A DNA stretch of 64,000 bases from Candidatus Omnitrophota bacterium (GCA_022711395.1 JAKLFA010000005.1:132302-196301); one strand, 5' to 3'; positions 9,698 through 20,118 are shown, counted from the first letter of the stretch. Numbers and translations: made by a program. The notes: a model not told the origin generated them from the letters alone.

Positions 9698-10977
9698 ATA
9701 TTTTGATCGTGGGTTCCGGCGGAAGGGAACATGCTCTTGCGTGGAAGATCAGCCAAAGCCCAAAAGTGAAAAAGATATTTTGCGCCCCCGGTAACGGCGG
9801 GATCGCCCAGATCGCGGAGTGCGTTGATATTGCATCGGATGACATCGCAGGGCTTGCGCAGTTTGCTCAGAAACATAGTATTGACCTGACGATCGTGGGG
9901 CCTGAAGCTCCGCTGGCCGCCGGGATCGTGGATGAATTTCAGTCGAAGGGATTAAAGGTCTTTGGGCCGAACCGGCTAGCCGCCCAACTCGAAGGAAGCA
10001 AGGTCTTTGCCAAAGAGTTCATGCACAGGCATGGGATTCCCACCGCGTCTTTTATGTCCTTTGATTCGATCTCCGAAGCCAGGGAATTCTTGCAGGAGAC
10101 CCAGTTCCCTTTGGTGATCAAAGCCGACGGCTTGGCTTCCGGCAAGGGCGTGTTTGTCTGTTATACCATTGATGAAGCTTTAAATGGGCTAAAAGAGATC
10201 GAGGAGCATATGGCCGAGGCCGGTAAGCGTATTCTGGTCGAAGAATGTCTTCGGGGAGAAGAGGCCTCGATCCTTGCGATCTCGGATGGCGAACGATATG
10301 TCGTTCTTGAAAGTTCGCAGGACCATAAAAGGATCTTTGATGATGACCTGGGGCCGAATACCGGCGGGATGGGGGCGTATTCCCCGGCTCCGGTCGTTAA
10401 CGACCTGATGCTCGCGAAGATCGAAACCCAGATCATTGAGCCCGTCATCCGCGGCATGGTGATGGATAAGATGCCGTTTCAGGGTGTTTTATACGCAGGA
10501 CTGATGATCACCGATGAGGGGCCGATGGTGTTGGAATTTAACGCTCGTTTTGGAGATCCGGAGACTCAAGCTGTTTTGCCGCGTTTAAAGACGGATCTTT
10601 TGGAAGTGATCTTGGCGGCCTGTGAACGAAGGATCGATCAGGTCGATTTGGAGTGGGACCGTCGGGCGTGTGTCTGTGTTGTGATGAGCGCGGGCGGTTA
10701 TCCGGGTTCTTATGAGAAGGGGATGGTCATTCATGGTCTTGAGAAGGCGGCCGCGTCGGGAGATGGGATCGTCTTTCATGCCGGCACCAAACGCCATGGG
10801 GGGGCGGTCGTAACGAGCGGGGGGCGTGTTCTGGGTGTGACCGCCTTGGGAGAGGGTATTGAAGGAGCGATTGCAAACGCGTATAAGATCGTGGACATGA
10901 TCCGTTTCGATCATTGTTTTTTTAGAAGGGATATCGGGGCAAAAGCTTTGAAAAGGATCGAGCAGAAAACGATTTGA
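9694..10977 (+). CDS. purD: phosphoribosylamine--glycine ligase
   Basis: 427 aa; MNILIVGSGGREHALAWK N-terminus, ATP-grasp core. Confidence 0.95.
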   Translation: MNILIVGSGGREHALAWKISQSPKVKKIFCAPGNGGIAQIAECVDIASDDIAGLAQFAQKHSIDLTIVGPEAPLAAGIVDEFQSKGLKVFGPNRLAAQLEGSKVFAKEFMHRHGIPTASFMSFDSISEAREFLQETQFPLVIKADGLASGKGVFVCYTIDEALNGLKEIEEHMAEAGKRILVEECLRGEEASILAISDGERYVVLESSQDHKRIFDDDLGPNTGGMGAYSPAPVVNDLMLAKIETQIIEPVIRGMVMDKMPFQGVLYAGLMITDEGPMVLEFNARFGDPETQAVLPRLKTDLLEVILAACERRIDQVDLEWDRRACVCVVMSAGGYPGSYEKGMVIHGLEKAAASGDGIVFHAGTKRHGGAVVTSGGRVLGVTALGEGIEGAIANAYKIVDMIRFDHCFFRRDIGAKALKRIEQKTI

Positions 10978-10998
10978 TCGGTTCTGAAAGGAGCGGTT

Positions 10999-11478
10999 AT
11001 GGCGAATGTGAAAGTCGCAATCATGATGGGAAGCAAATCGGACATGTCCGTTATGGAGGCCGCCGGCCAGGTTTTGGAAGGTTTTGGCGTTGGATTTGAG
11101 ATCAAGGTCCTTTCCGCGCACCGCACGCCTAAAGAGACCGCGGAATACGCTGAAAAATTGAGAGAGCGCGGCATTCAGGCCGTGATCTGCGGCGCAGGAA
11201 TGTCAGCCGCATTGTCCGGTGTGGTCGCGGCGCATACAACGCTGCCGGTGATCGGGGTTCCTTTGAACGCGTCAGACCTGGATGGGCTGGACGCGTTATT
11301 ATCGACTGTTCAAATGCCTCCGGGTGTTCCTGTGGCCTGTGTGGCTGTTGGAAAGGCAGGCGCGAAGAACGCGGCATTTTTGGCGTTAAGGATCATGGCC
11401 GTGTCTGATCCGGTGATCGAGAAAAAGTTGGTCGATTACCGCGAGGAGGAGAGGAAAAAGATCTTAGGAGGGGCTTAG
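10999..11478 (+). CDS. purE: 5-(carboxyamino)imidazole ribonucleotide mutase / AIR carboxylase catalytic subunit
   Basis: 159 aa; VAIMMGSKSD...SAHRTP signature of PurE. Confidence 0.9.
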   Translation: MANVKVAIMMGSKSDMSVMEAAGQVLEGFGVGFEIKVLSAHRTPKETAEYAEKLRERGIQAVICGAGMSAALSGVVAAHTTLPVIGVPLNASDLDGLDALLSTVQMPPGVPVACVAVGKAGAKNAAFLALRIMAVSDPVIEKKLVDYREEERKKILGGA

Positions 11479-12543
11479 GTGAACGGTGAGACCCGCGTGG
11501 TAGAAGTTCATCCGCATTTTCCTGAACGAGACAAGATTTCCCGTTGTGCCCGCGTCATCGAAAAGGGCGGGCTTGTTATTTTTCCGACGGAAACGGTGTA
11601 CGGTATTGCCGCCAATGCGGAACATCCCTTAGCGGTCCAGCGGTTGAAAGAACTCAAGAACCGCCCTGAGGACAAACCATTTTCAGTCGTGGTCCCCAAA
11701 CGCAGCGCCCTGATGAAACACACTCCCTTGCGCAGCGCGATGCTGTTTAAGCTGGTTGACCGTTTTTGGCCGGGGCCGTTGACCGTTGTTGTTCCGGCGA
11801 TGAAAGAAGGGCAGACCGTAGGGGTCAGGATGCCGGCGCACCCCGTGGCAACGCTTTTGTTGAATGAGGCTCAGTGCATGGTTGTGGCTCCTTCTGCGAA
11901 CCTTGAGGGGCATCCGGCCCCCTCGACATGCGCGGAAGCGCTGCGGGATCTTAATGGATTGGTTGATCTGGCCATTGATGGCGGGCGGGCCGAGTATGGT
12001 TCTTCTTCGACCGTTTTGGATTGCACGCAGGATCCTCCAAAGATTTTAAGGGAGGGGATCGTTTCCAAAAAGGATATCGATCAGGTCCGTTCACGCAAGA
12101 ACATCATGATGGTCTGCACCGGGAACAGCTGCCGGTCGGTGATGGCGGAATATTTGTTGAAGAAGTATTTAAAACCGGAACAGAATGTTGATGTGTATTC
12201 AGCCGGGATCAGTGTTTTTTTAAGCACGGCGGCAAGTTCGGGATCGTTGGAGGTGCTCAAGAAACGGGGAGTCGATGCTTCCCGCCATCTGTCGCAGGCG
12301 ATCAACTCAACCATGATCTATAAATCGGACATGGTCCTGGTGATGACCGAATCTCACCGGCAATCGGTCCTGCAGCACGCGCCGGAAGTCGCGGACAGGG
12401 TCTATTTGTTGCGGGAGTTCGTGGAGGAGGGGTCCGGCAAGAGCGCCGAGATCCCCGATCCGATCGGACAGCCGTTATCGGCTTATGAAGAGTGCGCTTC
12501 GGTGATCGATGCCGCGGTCCAAAAGTTGGCGAAGTTGCTTTAA
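11479..12543 (+). CDS. tsaC: fusion protein: L-threonylcarbamoyladenylate synthase (TsaC/YrdC domain) + low-molecular-weight protein (Tyr/Arg) phosphatase
   Basis: GTG start immediately after the purE stop. N-terminal YrdC fold (GGLVIFPTETVYGIAANA). C-terminal LMW-PTP with CX5R P-loop (MMVCTGNSCRS) and a DPIG motif. Confidence 0.85.
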   Translation: MNGETRVVEVHPHFPERDKISRCARVIEKGGLVIFPTETVYGIAANAEHPLAVQRLKELKNRPEDKPFSVVVPKRSALMKHTPLRSAMLFKLVDRFWPGPLTVVVPAMKEGQTVGVRMPAHPVATLLLNEAQCMVVAPSANLEGHPAPSTCAEALRDLNGLVDLAIDGGRAEYGSSSTVLDCTQDPPKILREGIVSKKDIDQVRSRKNIMMVCTGNSCRSVMAEYLLKKYLKPEQNVDVYSAGISVFLSTAASSGSLEVLKKRGVDASRHLSQAINSTMIYKSDMVLVMTESHRQSVLQHAPEVADRVYLLREFVEEGSGKSAEIPDPIGQPLSAYEECASVIDAAVQKLAKLL

Positions 12544-12594
12544 TTTGAAACACGAGGTTTATTAAAAATATTTGTTACGGCAAAAGGAAAACGC

Positions 12595-13056
12595 ATGAAG
12601 ATCTTTGTAGGTGCTGACCACAGGGGCGTGTCGCTTAAAGCGGAGCTGATCCGTTTGTTGGAAACGTTGGGCCATGCGGTTGTTGACGTCGGGGCTTATT
12701 GTGATCAGGAGCCTTGTGATTATCCTCCGATCGCTTTCGAAGTAGCCAAGAATGTTTCAAAAACACGGGGCAGCCGCGGCATTCTGGTGTGCATGAGCGG
12801 GGTGGGGCTTGCGATCGCGGCGAACAAAGTCCCGGGCGCTTACGCGGCGCTGTGTTACAATAAAGAAATCGCGAAATTGTCCCGGGAACATAATAATTCC
12901 AACATTCTGGTTCTGGGGGCAAAATTTGTTTCCAAAAAAGAGCTTCAGGAAATCATCAAGATCTGGTTATCGACCGAATTCGGAGGGGGGCGGCATTTGC
13001 GTCGTTTCAAGAAAATAAAGACGATCGAACGTACAACCATGAAAAAAGATTTTTAG
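12595..13056 (+). CDS. rpiB: ribose-5-phosphate isomerase B
   Basis: 153 aa; RpiB/LacAB family (MKIFVGADHRG...GILVCMSGVGLAIAANK). Confidence 0.9.
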   Translation: MKIFVGADHRGVSLKAELIRLLETLGHAVVDVGAYCDQEPCDYPPIAFEVAKNVSKTRGSRGILVCMSGVGLAIAANKVPGAYAALCYNKEIAKLSREHNNSNILVLGAKFVSKKELQEIIKIWLSTEFGGGRHLRRFKKIKTIERTTMKKDF

Positions 13057-13074
13057 ATCGAAAGAGAGAGATTC

Positions 13075-14328
13075 ATGCATCATCATTTGAAGAAAACAGA
13101 CCCGGAGATCTTTAAGGCGATCGCGGAAGAGCTGGACCGCCAGAAGAGCAATCTGGAACTGATCGCTTCAGAAAATATCGTCTCTGAGGCCGTGATGGAA
13201 GCCCAAGGCAGTGTGATGACCAATAAATACGCCGAAGGATATCCTAATCGGCGCTGGTACGGCGGATGCGTTCATGTGGATGTGGCGGAGGACCTGGCTA
13301 TTCAACGGGCGAAGAAATTGTTTGGTGCGGAGCATGTCAATGTTCAGCCTCACTCCGGATCGCAGGCGAACAACGCGGTCTACAATGTCGCGATCAAACC
13401 GGGGGACACGATCCTGACGCTGGACCTGGCCTGCGGAGGGCATTTGACGCATGGGCATAAGATGAATTTTTCAGGCAAGATGTACAATGTTGTGCATTAC
13501 GGCGTTAATAAAGAGACCGAGATGTTCGACTACGATCAGATCCGCTCCCTTGCCCGTGAACATAAACCGCAGTTGATCCTGGCTGGCGCCTCGGCTTATC
13601 CAAGGACGATCGATTTTGAAAAGTTCCGTTCGATCTGCGATGAGGTCAATGCGGTCCTGTTCGTGGACATGGCTCATATCGCAGGGCTTGTGGCCGCGGG
13701 GATCCATCCTAACCCGGTACCGTTTTCAGAATTCGTTACCACGACCACCCATAAGACTCTGCGCGGGCCCCGCGGAGGGATGATCCTCTGCCGTGAGGAG
13801 TTCGCCAAGCGCATCGATGCTAATGTCTTTCCGGGTATTCAGGGTGGGCCGCTCATGCATGTGATCGCCGCTAAGGCGGTAGCGCTGAAAGAGGCCCTAG
13901 CCGATGATTTCAAAATATATCAGAAACAGATCGTTAAGAATGCCAAGGCCATGAGCGAAGCCTTGACGGAGAAGGGGTTTCGGATCGTTTCCGGTGGGAC
14001 GGATAATCATCTGTTTATGGTCGATCTGCGCTCTAAAAAGATCACGGGAAAAGACGCCTCCGCTGTTCTGGATGAGGTCCATATTACCGTGAACAAGAAT
14101 CTGATCCCTTTCGACCCAGAAAGCCCCATGGTGACAAGCGGGATCCGTATCGGGACGCCGGCGTTGACGACTCGCGGCATGAAGGAGGCGGAGATGGCGC
14201 GTGTGGCGGATTGTATTGACCGGGCGATCGTCCACCGGGATGATCCCAAAGTATTAGAGGGTGTGCGCAAGGACGTATTGGCCTTAACGAAAGAATTCCC
14301 GATCTATACTGATCTGGAAATGAACTAA
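13075..14328 (+). CDS. glyA: serine hydroxymethyltransferase
   Basis: 417 aa; PLP-binding [14 protein letters not shown] motif. Confidence 0.97.
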   Translation: MHHHLKKTDPEIFKAIAEELDRQKSNLELIASENIVSEAVMEAQGSVMTNKYAEGYPNRRWYGGCVHVDVAEDLAIQRAKKLFGAEHVNVQPHSGSQANNAVYNVAIKPGDTILTLDLACGGHLTHGHKMNFSGKMYNVVHYGVNKETEMFDYDQIRSLAREHKPQLILAGASAYPRTIDFEKFRSICDEVNAVLFVDMAHIAGLVAAGIHPNPVPFSEFVTTTTHKTLRGPRGGMILCREEFAKRIDANVFPGIQGGPLMHVIAAKAVALKEALADDFKIYQKQIVKNAKAMSEALTEKGFRIVSGGTDNHLFMVDLRSKKITGKDASAVLDEVHITVNKNLIPFDPESPMVTSGIRIGTPALTTRGMKEAEMARVADCIDRAIVHRDDPKVLEGVRKDVLALTKEFPIYTDLEMN

Positions 14329-14340
14329 CAAAGGCTGAGC

Positions 14341-14814
14341 ATGAAATGCCCATTTTGTGATTACAAGGAAACAAAGGTCATTGATTCCCGTATTTGCGGA
14401 GATGGCGGCTCGATTCGTCGCCGACGGGAATGTTTAAAGTGCATGAAGCGCTTTACGACCTATGAATATGTGGAAAGCGTTCCTTTAATGGTTGTCAAGA
14501 AAGATGGGCGCCGCCAGGCGTTTGACCGGACGAAGATCATCAACGGGCTGGTCAAGGCCTGCGAGAAAAGGCCGGTCTCGATCGCGAAGATTGAAGAGGT
14601 GACGACCGACATTGAGCGCATTATCCAGAAAAAATTTGACCGTGAGGTCGATTCCAGCGTGATCGGTGAAGAGATCATGAAAAAACTGGCCCAGTTGGAT
14701 GAAGTGGCTTATGTGAGGTTTGCCAGTGTTTACCGCCAGTTCCGCGACGTGAACCAGTTCATGAGCGAGCTGCAGCATATTCTGGAGCGGGAGAAGCTGG
14801 AAAAAAGGAAGTGA
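14341..14814 (+). CDS. nrdR: transcriptional repressor NrdR
   Basis: 157 aa; N-terminal zinc ribbon CPFC...CLKC and an ATP-cone. Confidence 0.95.
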   Translation: MKCPFCDYKETKVIDSRICGDGGSIRRRRECLKCMKRFTTYEYVESVPLMVVKKDGRRQAFDRTKIINGLVKACEKRPVSIAKIEEVTTDIERIIQKKFDREVDSSVIGEEIMKKLAQLDEVAYVRFASVYRQFRDVNQFMSELQHILEREKLEKRK

Positions 14815-14817
14815 AGC

Positions 14818-15225
14818 ATGGTTCGCGTAGAGCTGAGCCGGATTGTGATCGATGAAAGGCGGCAGGATCAGATCATCGTTCTTAAGGAGGTCTCAGGCCC
14901 GAGGAAGTTTCCGATCATGATCGGGATCCTGGAGGCTTCGAGCATTAAGATGAAGGTGACCGATGTTCAAATGCCGCGTCCGTTGACCCATGATCTTCTG
15001 TTGTCGACGATCGAGGGTCTGGGGGCCCAGGTTCAACACGTGCTGATCGACGACCTGGTGGAGGGCACTTTTTACGCGAAGATCATCCTTAAGACCCAGG
15101 ACGATAAAGAGCATTCGATCGATGCTCGACCCTCAGACAGTATCGCGCTGGCCGTAAGGGCCGGCGCGCCTATCTTCGTTGCGGATGAAGTCATCGAACG
15201 AGCTTCTGTTTCAAGTGTAGACTAA
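14818..15225 (+). CDS. bifunctional nuclease (BFN/DUF151) domain protein
   Basis: 135 aa; conserved RPSDSIALAVRAGAPIFV motif of the BFN family. Confidence 0.8.
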   Translation: MVRVELSRIVIDERRQDQIIVLKEVSGPRKFPIMIGILEASSIKMKVTDVQMPRPLTHDLLLSTIEGLGAQVQHVLIDDLVEGTFYAKIILKTQDDKEHSIDARPSDSIALAVRAGAPIFVADEVIERASVSSVD

Positions 15226-15229
15226 TCCT

Positions 15230-16678
15230 ATGATCTTCATGAGTGAACGCCCATATTTATGTGATGTGCGCAAGTTCGCCAAACGCCGTAAGGTCCGGGT
15301 ATATTTGGTGGGCGGATTCGTGCGCGATCTTTTTTTGAAGCGCGAATGCATGGACTTTGATTTCGCGGTCGAAAAGAACGCCATAGCCTTTGCCAAGGCT
15401 TTTGCCAAATCCATTCGCGGAGCGTTCATCCTTTTGGATGCTGAACACGGCTGCGCCCGTGTGGCAAAAAAAGAAAAAGGCAGGGTCCTGACGTATGATT
15501 TTGCTGACTTCCGTGGCAAGACGCTCAAGGATGACCTTAAGCGCCGTGATTTTACCATAAACACATTGAGCATAGATATTTCGTCTTTAGAGGATGGTGA
15601 TTGTCTTGAAAAAGGGATGGCGGATGCCGTCCGAGCAAAGCGTGACCTTAAAGATGGCCTGCTTCGCATGGCGTCCAAACAGGCTTTTGTTGAGGATCCA
15701 CTGAGGATTCTGAGGGCCTTTTCTCTGCAGGCCCAGTTGGGGTTCCGAATAGAAAAAGAAACGCTGAAGCAGATCAAAACAGATCGGGACCGTATTGCCG
15801 GAGTATCGGCTGAGCGCCTTCGTGATGAGCTGTTTAAAATCCTGGAGTCGGACCGTGCAGGGACCATCCTTAGGGCCATGGACCGCCTCGGGATCCTGGA
15901 CCGGGTGATCCCTCAAGTTCGGCTCATGTTCGGCGTTGAGCAGGGGACATATCATCATTTGGATGTTTGGCCGCACGCCCTTGAAACCGTTAAGCAATGC
16001 GACCAGGTGATCCGCATGTTCCGGAGCGATGAACGGATTTCAGGATATTTAAAAGAGAAGATAGCCGCCAATCACAGTCGGGCGGCCCTTTTAAGGTTTT
16101 CCTGTTTACTGCATGATATCGGAAAGCCTGATACCCGACGAAAAGAAGGGGACCGGATCTGTTTTCACGGGCATGAGCATGTGGGGAGGCAGATCTCGGA
16201 CCAGGTGGCAAAAGACCTTAAGCTTTCCACGCGTGAACGGCTGGCGGTCGGGACCATGGTTCGTTGGCACCTTCGCCCGGGATACCTTTCTAATTTCAAG
16301 CGGCCCAGCGAGAGAGCGTTCTTCCGTTATTTCCGCGACACGGCTGATGAAGCGGTCGGCATCGCGCTTCTGTCTTTGGCCGATCAGCAATCGACTTGCG
16401 GGCCGATGACCACGGAAGATGACCAGAGGCATCACAAGGACATTTGTTTGGAGATCATCGATCGTTTCTTTTTGGAAAAAGATAAAAAGCCATTTGTTCC
16501 ATTGATTAATGGACATGACCTGATAAACAGTTTAAAATTAAAACCATCGCCTCTTTTTAGTGAGATCCTTTCGAAGGTCGAAGAGGAACAGGGGCTGGGC
16601 AGGCTGACCACGCCCGAGGGCGCTTTGGCCTACGCCGCAAAGCTGGCAGCCCAATTGGGAAAGAAGAAACCTTCATAA
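15230..16678 (+). CDS. cca: CCA-adding tRNA nucleotidyltransferase with HD domain
   Basis: 482 aa; PolyA-pol head domain (VYLVGGFVRDLFL, catalytic D..D); C-terminal HD motif LLHDIGKP. Confidence 0.85.
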   Translation: MIFMSERPYLCDVRKFAKRRKVRVYLVGGFVRDLFLKRECMDFDFAVEKNAIAFAKAFAKSIRGAFILLDAEHGCARVAKKEKGRVLTYDFADFRGKTLKDDLKRRDFTINTLSIDISSLEDGDCLEKGMADAVRAKRDLKDGLLRMASKQAFVEDPLRILRAFSLQAQLGFRIEKETLKQIKTDRDRIAGVSAERLRDELFKILESDRAGTILRAMDRLGILDRVIPQVRLMFGVEQGTYHHLDVWPHALETVKQCDQVIRMFRSDERISGYLKEKIAANHSRAALLRFSCLLHDIGKPDTRRKEGDRICFHGHEHVGRQISDQVAKDLKLSTRERLAVGTMVRWHLRPGYLSNFKRPSERAFFRYFRDTADEAVGIALLSLADQQSTCGPMTTEDDQRHHKDICLEIIDRFFLEKDKKPFVPLINGHDLINSLKLKPSPLFSEILSKVEEEQGLGRLTTPEGALAYAAKLAAQLGKKKPS

Positions 16679-17539
16679 ATGTTATTTATTCAGGATACAG
16701 AGATCAAGATCATCAACGGCGACGGGGAAGAGCTTACGGCTGACGCAGTGGCCCTGGAATCTGTTGATGGCCTTGGGGACCAGGACGATCAAAAAGTTGT
16801 GTTGAGCCGGCAAGGCAATGGGCATCAGTATACGATCATGGCCAGCCTTGCTTTGCAGGGGACGCTGGCAGACGCCGAACGCGTGCGAAAGGGCTACAAG
16901 GATGTCCTTTATAAAGCGGCGGAGGTCGGAGCCAGAAGCCTGATCCTGATTCCTTTTGGATATGAGCGAGGGGTGATCCCGGCGATCGCCTCGGCGAAGG
17001 TTCTGGCCCAGGAACTGTTGCGGTTCATCCGTTTCGGGAAGCATCGATTCGAGAAGGTCTATGTTTGCGTGACCGATACAGAACATTTCGAGATCTTTAA
17101 ACAAAATTTGGGCGGTTATATCATTCATGTCCAGGATACGCTGGGGCTGGGGCCGTATGTGACGGTCGATGCGATCATTGAACTTGCTCAGGGGATCGTC
17201 ATTATTGAGCGGTCCAATCCGCCTTATGGTTGGGCCTTGCCGGGAGGGTTCGTTGATTATGGCGAGAGCTTGGAACAGGCCGTAGTGAGGGAGGTCCAGG
17301 AAGAGACTGGACTTCGATTTGTTGATTTTCGTCAAATGAAAGTTTATTCTGATCCAGGCCGGGACCCGCGATTTCACACGGTCTCCACGGTTTTTGCCGG
17401 CCGGGGAGAGGGGCAGCCGAAGGCTGCGGATGACGCAAAAAATTTGAAGATCATCGGACGGGATGAGGTGCTAAAATTAGAGTACGCTTTTGACCATAAA
17501 AAAGTCATTGAAGATTATTTGCTGAATTTTCAAGCATGA
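16679..17539 (+). CDS. macro-domain (ADP-ribose/Appr-1''-p processing)-like N-terminus fused to NUDIX hydrolase
   Basis: 286 aa. The C-terminal Nudix box is [24 protein letters not shown]. The N-terminal ~170 aa resemble a macro domain ([15 protein letters not shown]), but that match is weak. Confidence 0.7.
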   Translation: MLFIQDTEIKIINGDGEELTADAVALESVDGLGDQDDQKVVLSRQGNGHQYTIMASLALQGTLADAERVRKGYKDVLYKAAEVGARSLILIPFGYERGVIPAIASAKVLAQELLRFIRFGKHRFEKVYVCVTDTEHFEIFKQNLGGYIIHVQDTLGLGPYVTVDAIIELAQGIVIIERSNPPYGWALPGGFVDYGESLEQAVVREVQEETGLRFVDFRQMKVYSDPGRDPRFHTVSTVFAGRGEGQPKAADDAKNLKIIGRDEVLKLEYAFDHKKVIEDYLLNFQA

Positions 17540-17548
17540 GGGCCTGAC

Positions 17549-17755
17549 ATGGAATGTCTTAAGGAAAAAAACATGGCATATTGCAACTGTTCTTACAGCG
17601 GATGCGCTAAACATGGCATCTGCTGTCAATGCCTGCATTATCACCGGGCCAAAGGGGCTTTGCCGGCGTGTTATTTTCCTGAAGATATTGAGCGGGGATA
17701 TGACCGCTCTATTGAGAATTTTATCCGCGTGTGGCAACAGCGGCACCATTTGTAA
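17549..17755 (+). CDS. small Cys-rich protein (DUF6485-like)
   Basis: 68 aa with 8 Cys in CNCSYSGC...CCQCLHYH...LPACYFP pattern; good RBS (AAGGAAAAAAACATG). Confidence 0.5.
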   Translation: MECLKEKNMAYCNCSYSGCAKHGICCQCLHYHRAKGALPACYFPEDIERGYDRSIENFIRVWQQRHHL

Positions 17756-17775
17756 ATTTAGGAAAGGAGAAGGAT

Positions 17776-18366
17776 ATGATTTTAAGAGTATTGTTTTGTT
17801 TTTGCGTTTTGGGCGCGTCTTTGACCGGTGTGGCAGGCGCACAGCCAAAGGGGGACACGGAACTTTATGAACAGCAGCTCAGCCAGTATTCCAATTTTCA
17901 CAAAGAATACGCTGAACAGCAGCAGAAAGAGTATGTGGAGCGCCATACCGTCGTGCAGAAACTAAGACAGGAATTGAACGATCTGCTCGCGGAATATGAA
18001 GCTATTGAAGGAGAGAATGAGGACGCCAAGAAGAGCATTCAGGAACTTAAACAATTGAACAAAAAACTCCGCGACAATCAGGCTGAATTACAGGCCCAGT
18101 ATGAAAGCTTGGACCTTTTATATCAAGAGCAGCAGAAAGAGAACGAGCGTTTGAAGAACGAGATGAAAAAAAGCCGGTCAAAGTTCCAACAAAAGGTCCT
18201 GGATTCTTATAAGGAAGAGAACGCGATGCTCACTGAACAATTGACGGCGCTTCAGCTTCGGGAGAAGGAACTGGAGAGCAAGATCGTTGAACTGGAAAGC
18301 GCGCTGGCCAATGAGCCGCTTCAGCAAACGGGGGATGAAGAAAGCGCAGATTCGATTGCGGAATAA
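17776..18366 (+). CDS. secreted coiled-coil protein (hypothetical)
   Basis: signal peptide MILRVLFCFCVLGASLTGVAGA, followed by ~170 aa of Q/E/K-rich heptad coiled coil. RBS AGGAAAGGAGAAGGATATG. The upstream ATG at 17731 is unlikely. Confidence 0.6.
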   Translation: MILRVLFCFCVLGASLTGVAGAQPKGDTELYEQQLSQYSNFHKEYAEQQQKEYVERHTVVQKLRQELNDLLAEYEAIEGENEDAKKSIQELKQLNKKLRDNQAELQAQYESLDLLYQEQQKENERLKNEMKKSRSKFQQKVLDSYKEENAMLTEQLTALQLREKELESKIVELESALANEPLQQTGDEESADSIAE

Positions 18367-18462
18367 CGAGAGAGAAGTAAGGCTCCCTTAAATGAAATAT
18401 TTCATGGCGGGTTTTGTGATGGCCTGGCCGTTCCGCACTTTGTTTTAGACCCAAGAACACGT

Positions 18463-18488
18463 CTGTCTATCATGACAGCCCTTTTTTA
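18463..18488 (+). terminator. weak rho-independent terminator candidate
   Basis: stem CTGTC/GACAG with 6-nt loop followed by CCCTTTTTT. Confidence 0.3.
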
Positions 18489-18686
18489 AAATAAGGATTT
18501 TCCTGCAGCTGATCAGTTCCGGTTGAATCAGACCAATCAAAGATATCTATTTTTTCGAGAAATGGGGGAGGGGCCTTTTCTCAGGACCCTCGACCCTGTG
18601 GATCGGGCTTGAATAGGCGGCCCGCTTGTTTTGAAAAGGGGTTGGGCTGTGGTAGGATGAAGCATATTTTAAAGAAAGGCGCGCAT

Positions 18687-19184
18687 ATGAACATTTCATT
18701 GATCGGCATGGCGGGCGTTGGAAAAAGCACGGTCGGAAAAGCGCTGGCCCGAAAACTCGGCGTGCGTTTTTATGATACGGACAAGATCATCGAAGAGAAG
18801 GTCGGCCTTAGGCTGCAGTCGATCATCAATGATATTGGTGAACAGGATTTTCTTTTGATCGAGGAGGACGCGGTCCTTAATCTTGACCTGAGCGAGCCTT
18901 CGGTCGTTGCTCCGGGAGGGAGCGTTGTGTATTGCGAGAAGGCCATGGAATTCCTGCAGGAAGCGGGCGTTGTGGTCCAATTGAAGGCTGGGATCGAGGA
19001 TATCAAGGGGTGGATCACGAATATCCAGAACCGCGGGATCGTTCGTTTGAAAGGCAAGACGATCGAGGAATTATACGCGGAGCGTTCAAAATTGTATGAG
19101 CAGTATGCTGATCTGACGGTCGAAATAGGGAAACATCGAACGGTGGATGAAGTTGTTGAAGAGATCATCGGGAAGGTTTATTGA
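18687..19184 (+). CDS. aroK: shikimate kinase
   Basis: Walker A GMAGVGKSTVGK directly after Met and a shikimate-kinase fold. Start is taken at MNISLIG (18687), not the upstream in-frame ATGs. Confidence 0.8.
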   Translation: MNISLIGMAGVGKSTVGKALARKLGVRFYDTDKIIEEKVGLRLQSIINDIGEQDFLLIEEDAVLNLDLSEPSVVAPGGSVVYCEKAMEFLQEAGVVVQLKAGIEDIKGWITNIQNRGIVRLKGKTIEELYAERSKLYEQYADLTVEIGKHRTVDEVVEEIIGKVY

Positions 19185-20118
19185 TTTGAACGAACGGCTT
19201 CAAAGGATAATCATTGGAACGGCGATCCTGGCCTTGACATTGGCCGTCGGATCGGGCGCGGAAGAGGTTCTTTTAAAGAACGGGGACCGGATCACGGGGA
19301 CCATTGTTTCGGACAACGCGTCCGTTTTAAAGATCCAGAGTGACGCGTTGGGAATGCTTTCCATCGACCGCGCCTTTGTTCAATCCCCGGCGTATATTCA
19401 GAGAAAAGTCAGCGATGAAGATCGTCAGGAGGCGGCTGAGGAAAACAATAAGCGCCGAGCGGCGGAATGGTTGCGGAAACTGTCTTTGGGTTATCAGCAT
19501 TCCGGGGGGAACACAAGGAGGACCAGCGGGCGGTTAGGGGTTCAGTTGAACAGAAAGACGGAAATGGACGAATGGACCGCCCGAACAAGCCTGTATTATT
19601 CTTCTTCAGAGAACAAGATGGACGCGCAGAAAAGTTACGGGTTTTTGAGGTACGCCCATTTCTTTTCAGAGAAAAGGATATGGTATCATTTTTATAAGTT
19701 AGAGATCGATCATGACCGGTTCGCCAACATTGATTACCGCTTGCTTCCTTTGACCGGACTGGGATATTGGTTTTCGGATGCCAGCAACAACAAGCTGATC
19801 GGCGAGCTTGCCGCTGGTTACGAGCTCACTTCTTACCGTGACGGATCTCCCAGTTCCGATCAGGCCGTTTTGACGCCGCATATTATTTATCAGAAACAGT
19901 TGTTCAAAGGCTTTCGATTCGAAGCGGATAGCGTCATGTATTTTCCATTTGAGAGCTTTGAGCAGTACCGTCTGAGGTCAGAACATTCGTTCGTGCACGC
20001 TTTGACCGAAAAGATCTCCTGGCGGATCAGCCTGATCGATGAATTCAACGCTGCCGCTGAAGGGGATGCTAAAAAGAACGATTATCGCGTTGTTTACACG
20101 CTGGAATATGGATTTTGA
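19147..20118 (+). CDS. DUF481-family outer-membrane beta-barrel protein (YdiY-like)
   Basis: signal peptide, an LLKNGDRITGTIV N-domain, and C-terminal ...TLEYGF ending in Phe. The true start may be the in-frame TTG at 19186, just after the aroK stop. Confidence 0.75.
   Translation: MKLLKRSSGRFIDLNERLQRIIIGTAILALTLAVGSGAEEVLLKNGDRITGTIVSDNASVLKIQSDALGMLSIDRAFVQSPAYIQRKVSDEDRQEAAEENNKRRAAEWLRKLSLGYQHSGGNTRRTSGRLGVQLNRKTEMDEWTARTSLYYSSSENKMDAQKSYGFLRYAHFFSEKRIWYHFYKLEIDHDRFANIDYRLLPLTGLGYWFSDASNNKLIGELAAGYELTSYRDGSPSSDQAVLTPHIIYQKQLFKGFRFEADSVMYFPFESFEQYRLRSEHSFVHALTEKISWRISLIDEFNAAAEGDAKKNDYRVVYTLEYGF

Noticed and set aside
16682-17377. 231-aa minus-strand ORF
   Set aside because: Antisense to the macro/NUDIX gene, which has a clear Nudix box.
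18609-18686. Upstream start for aroK
   Set aside because: The Walker A motif in shikimate kinases follows the initiator Met within ~10 residues; the extension has no homology.
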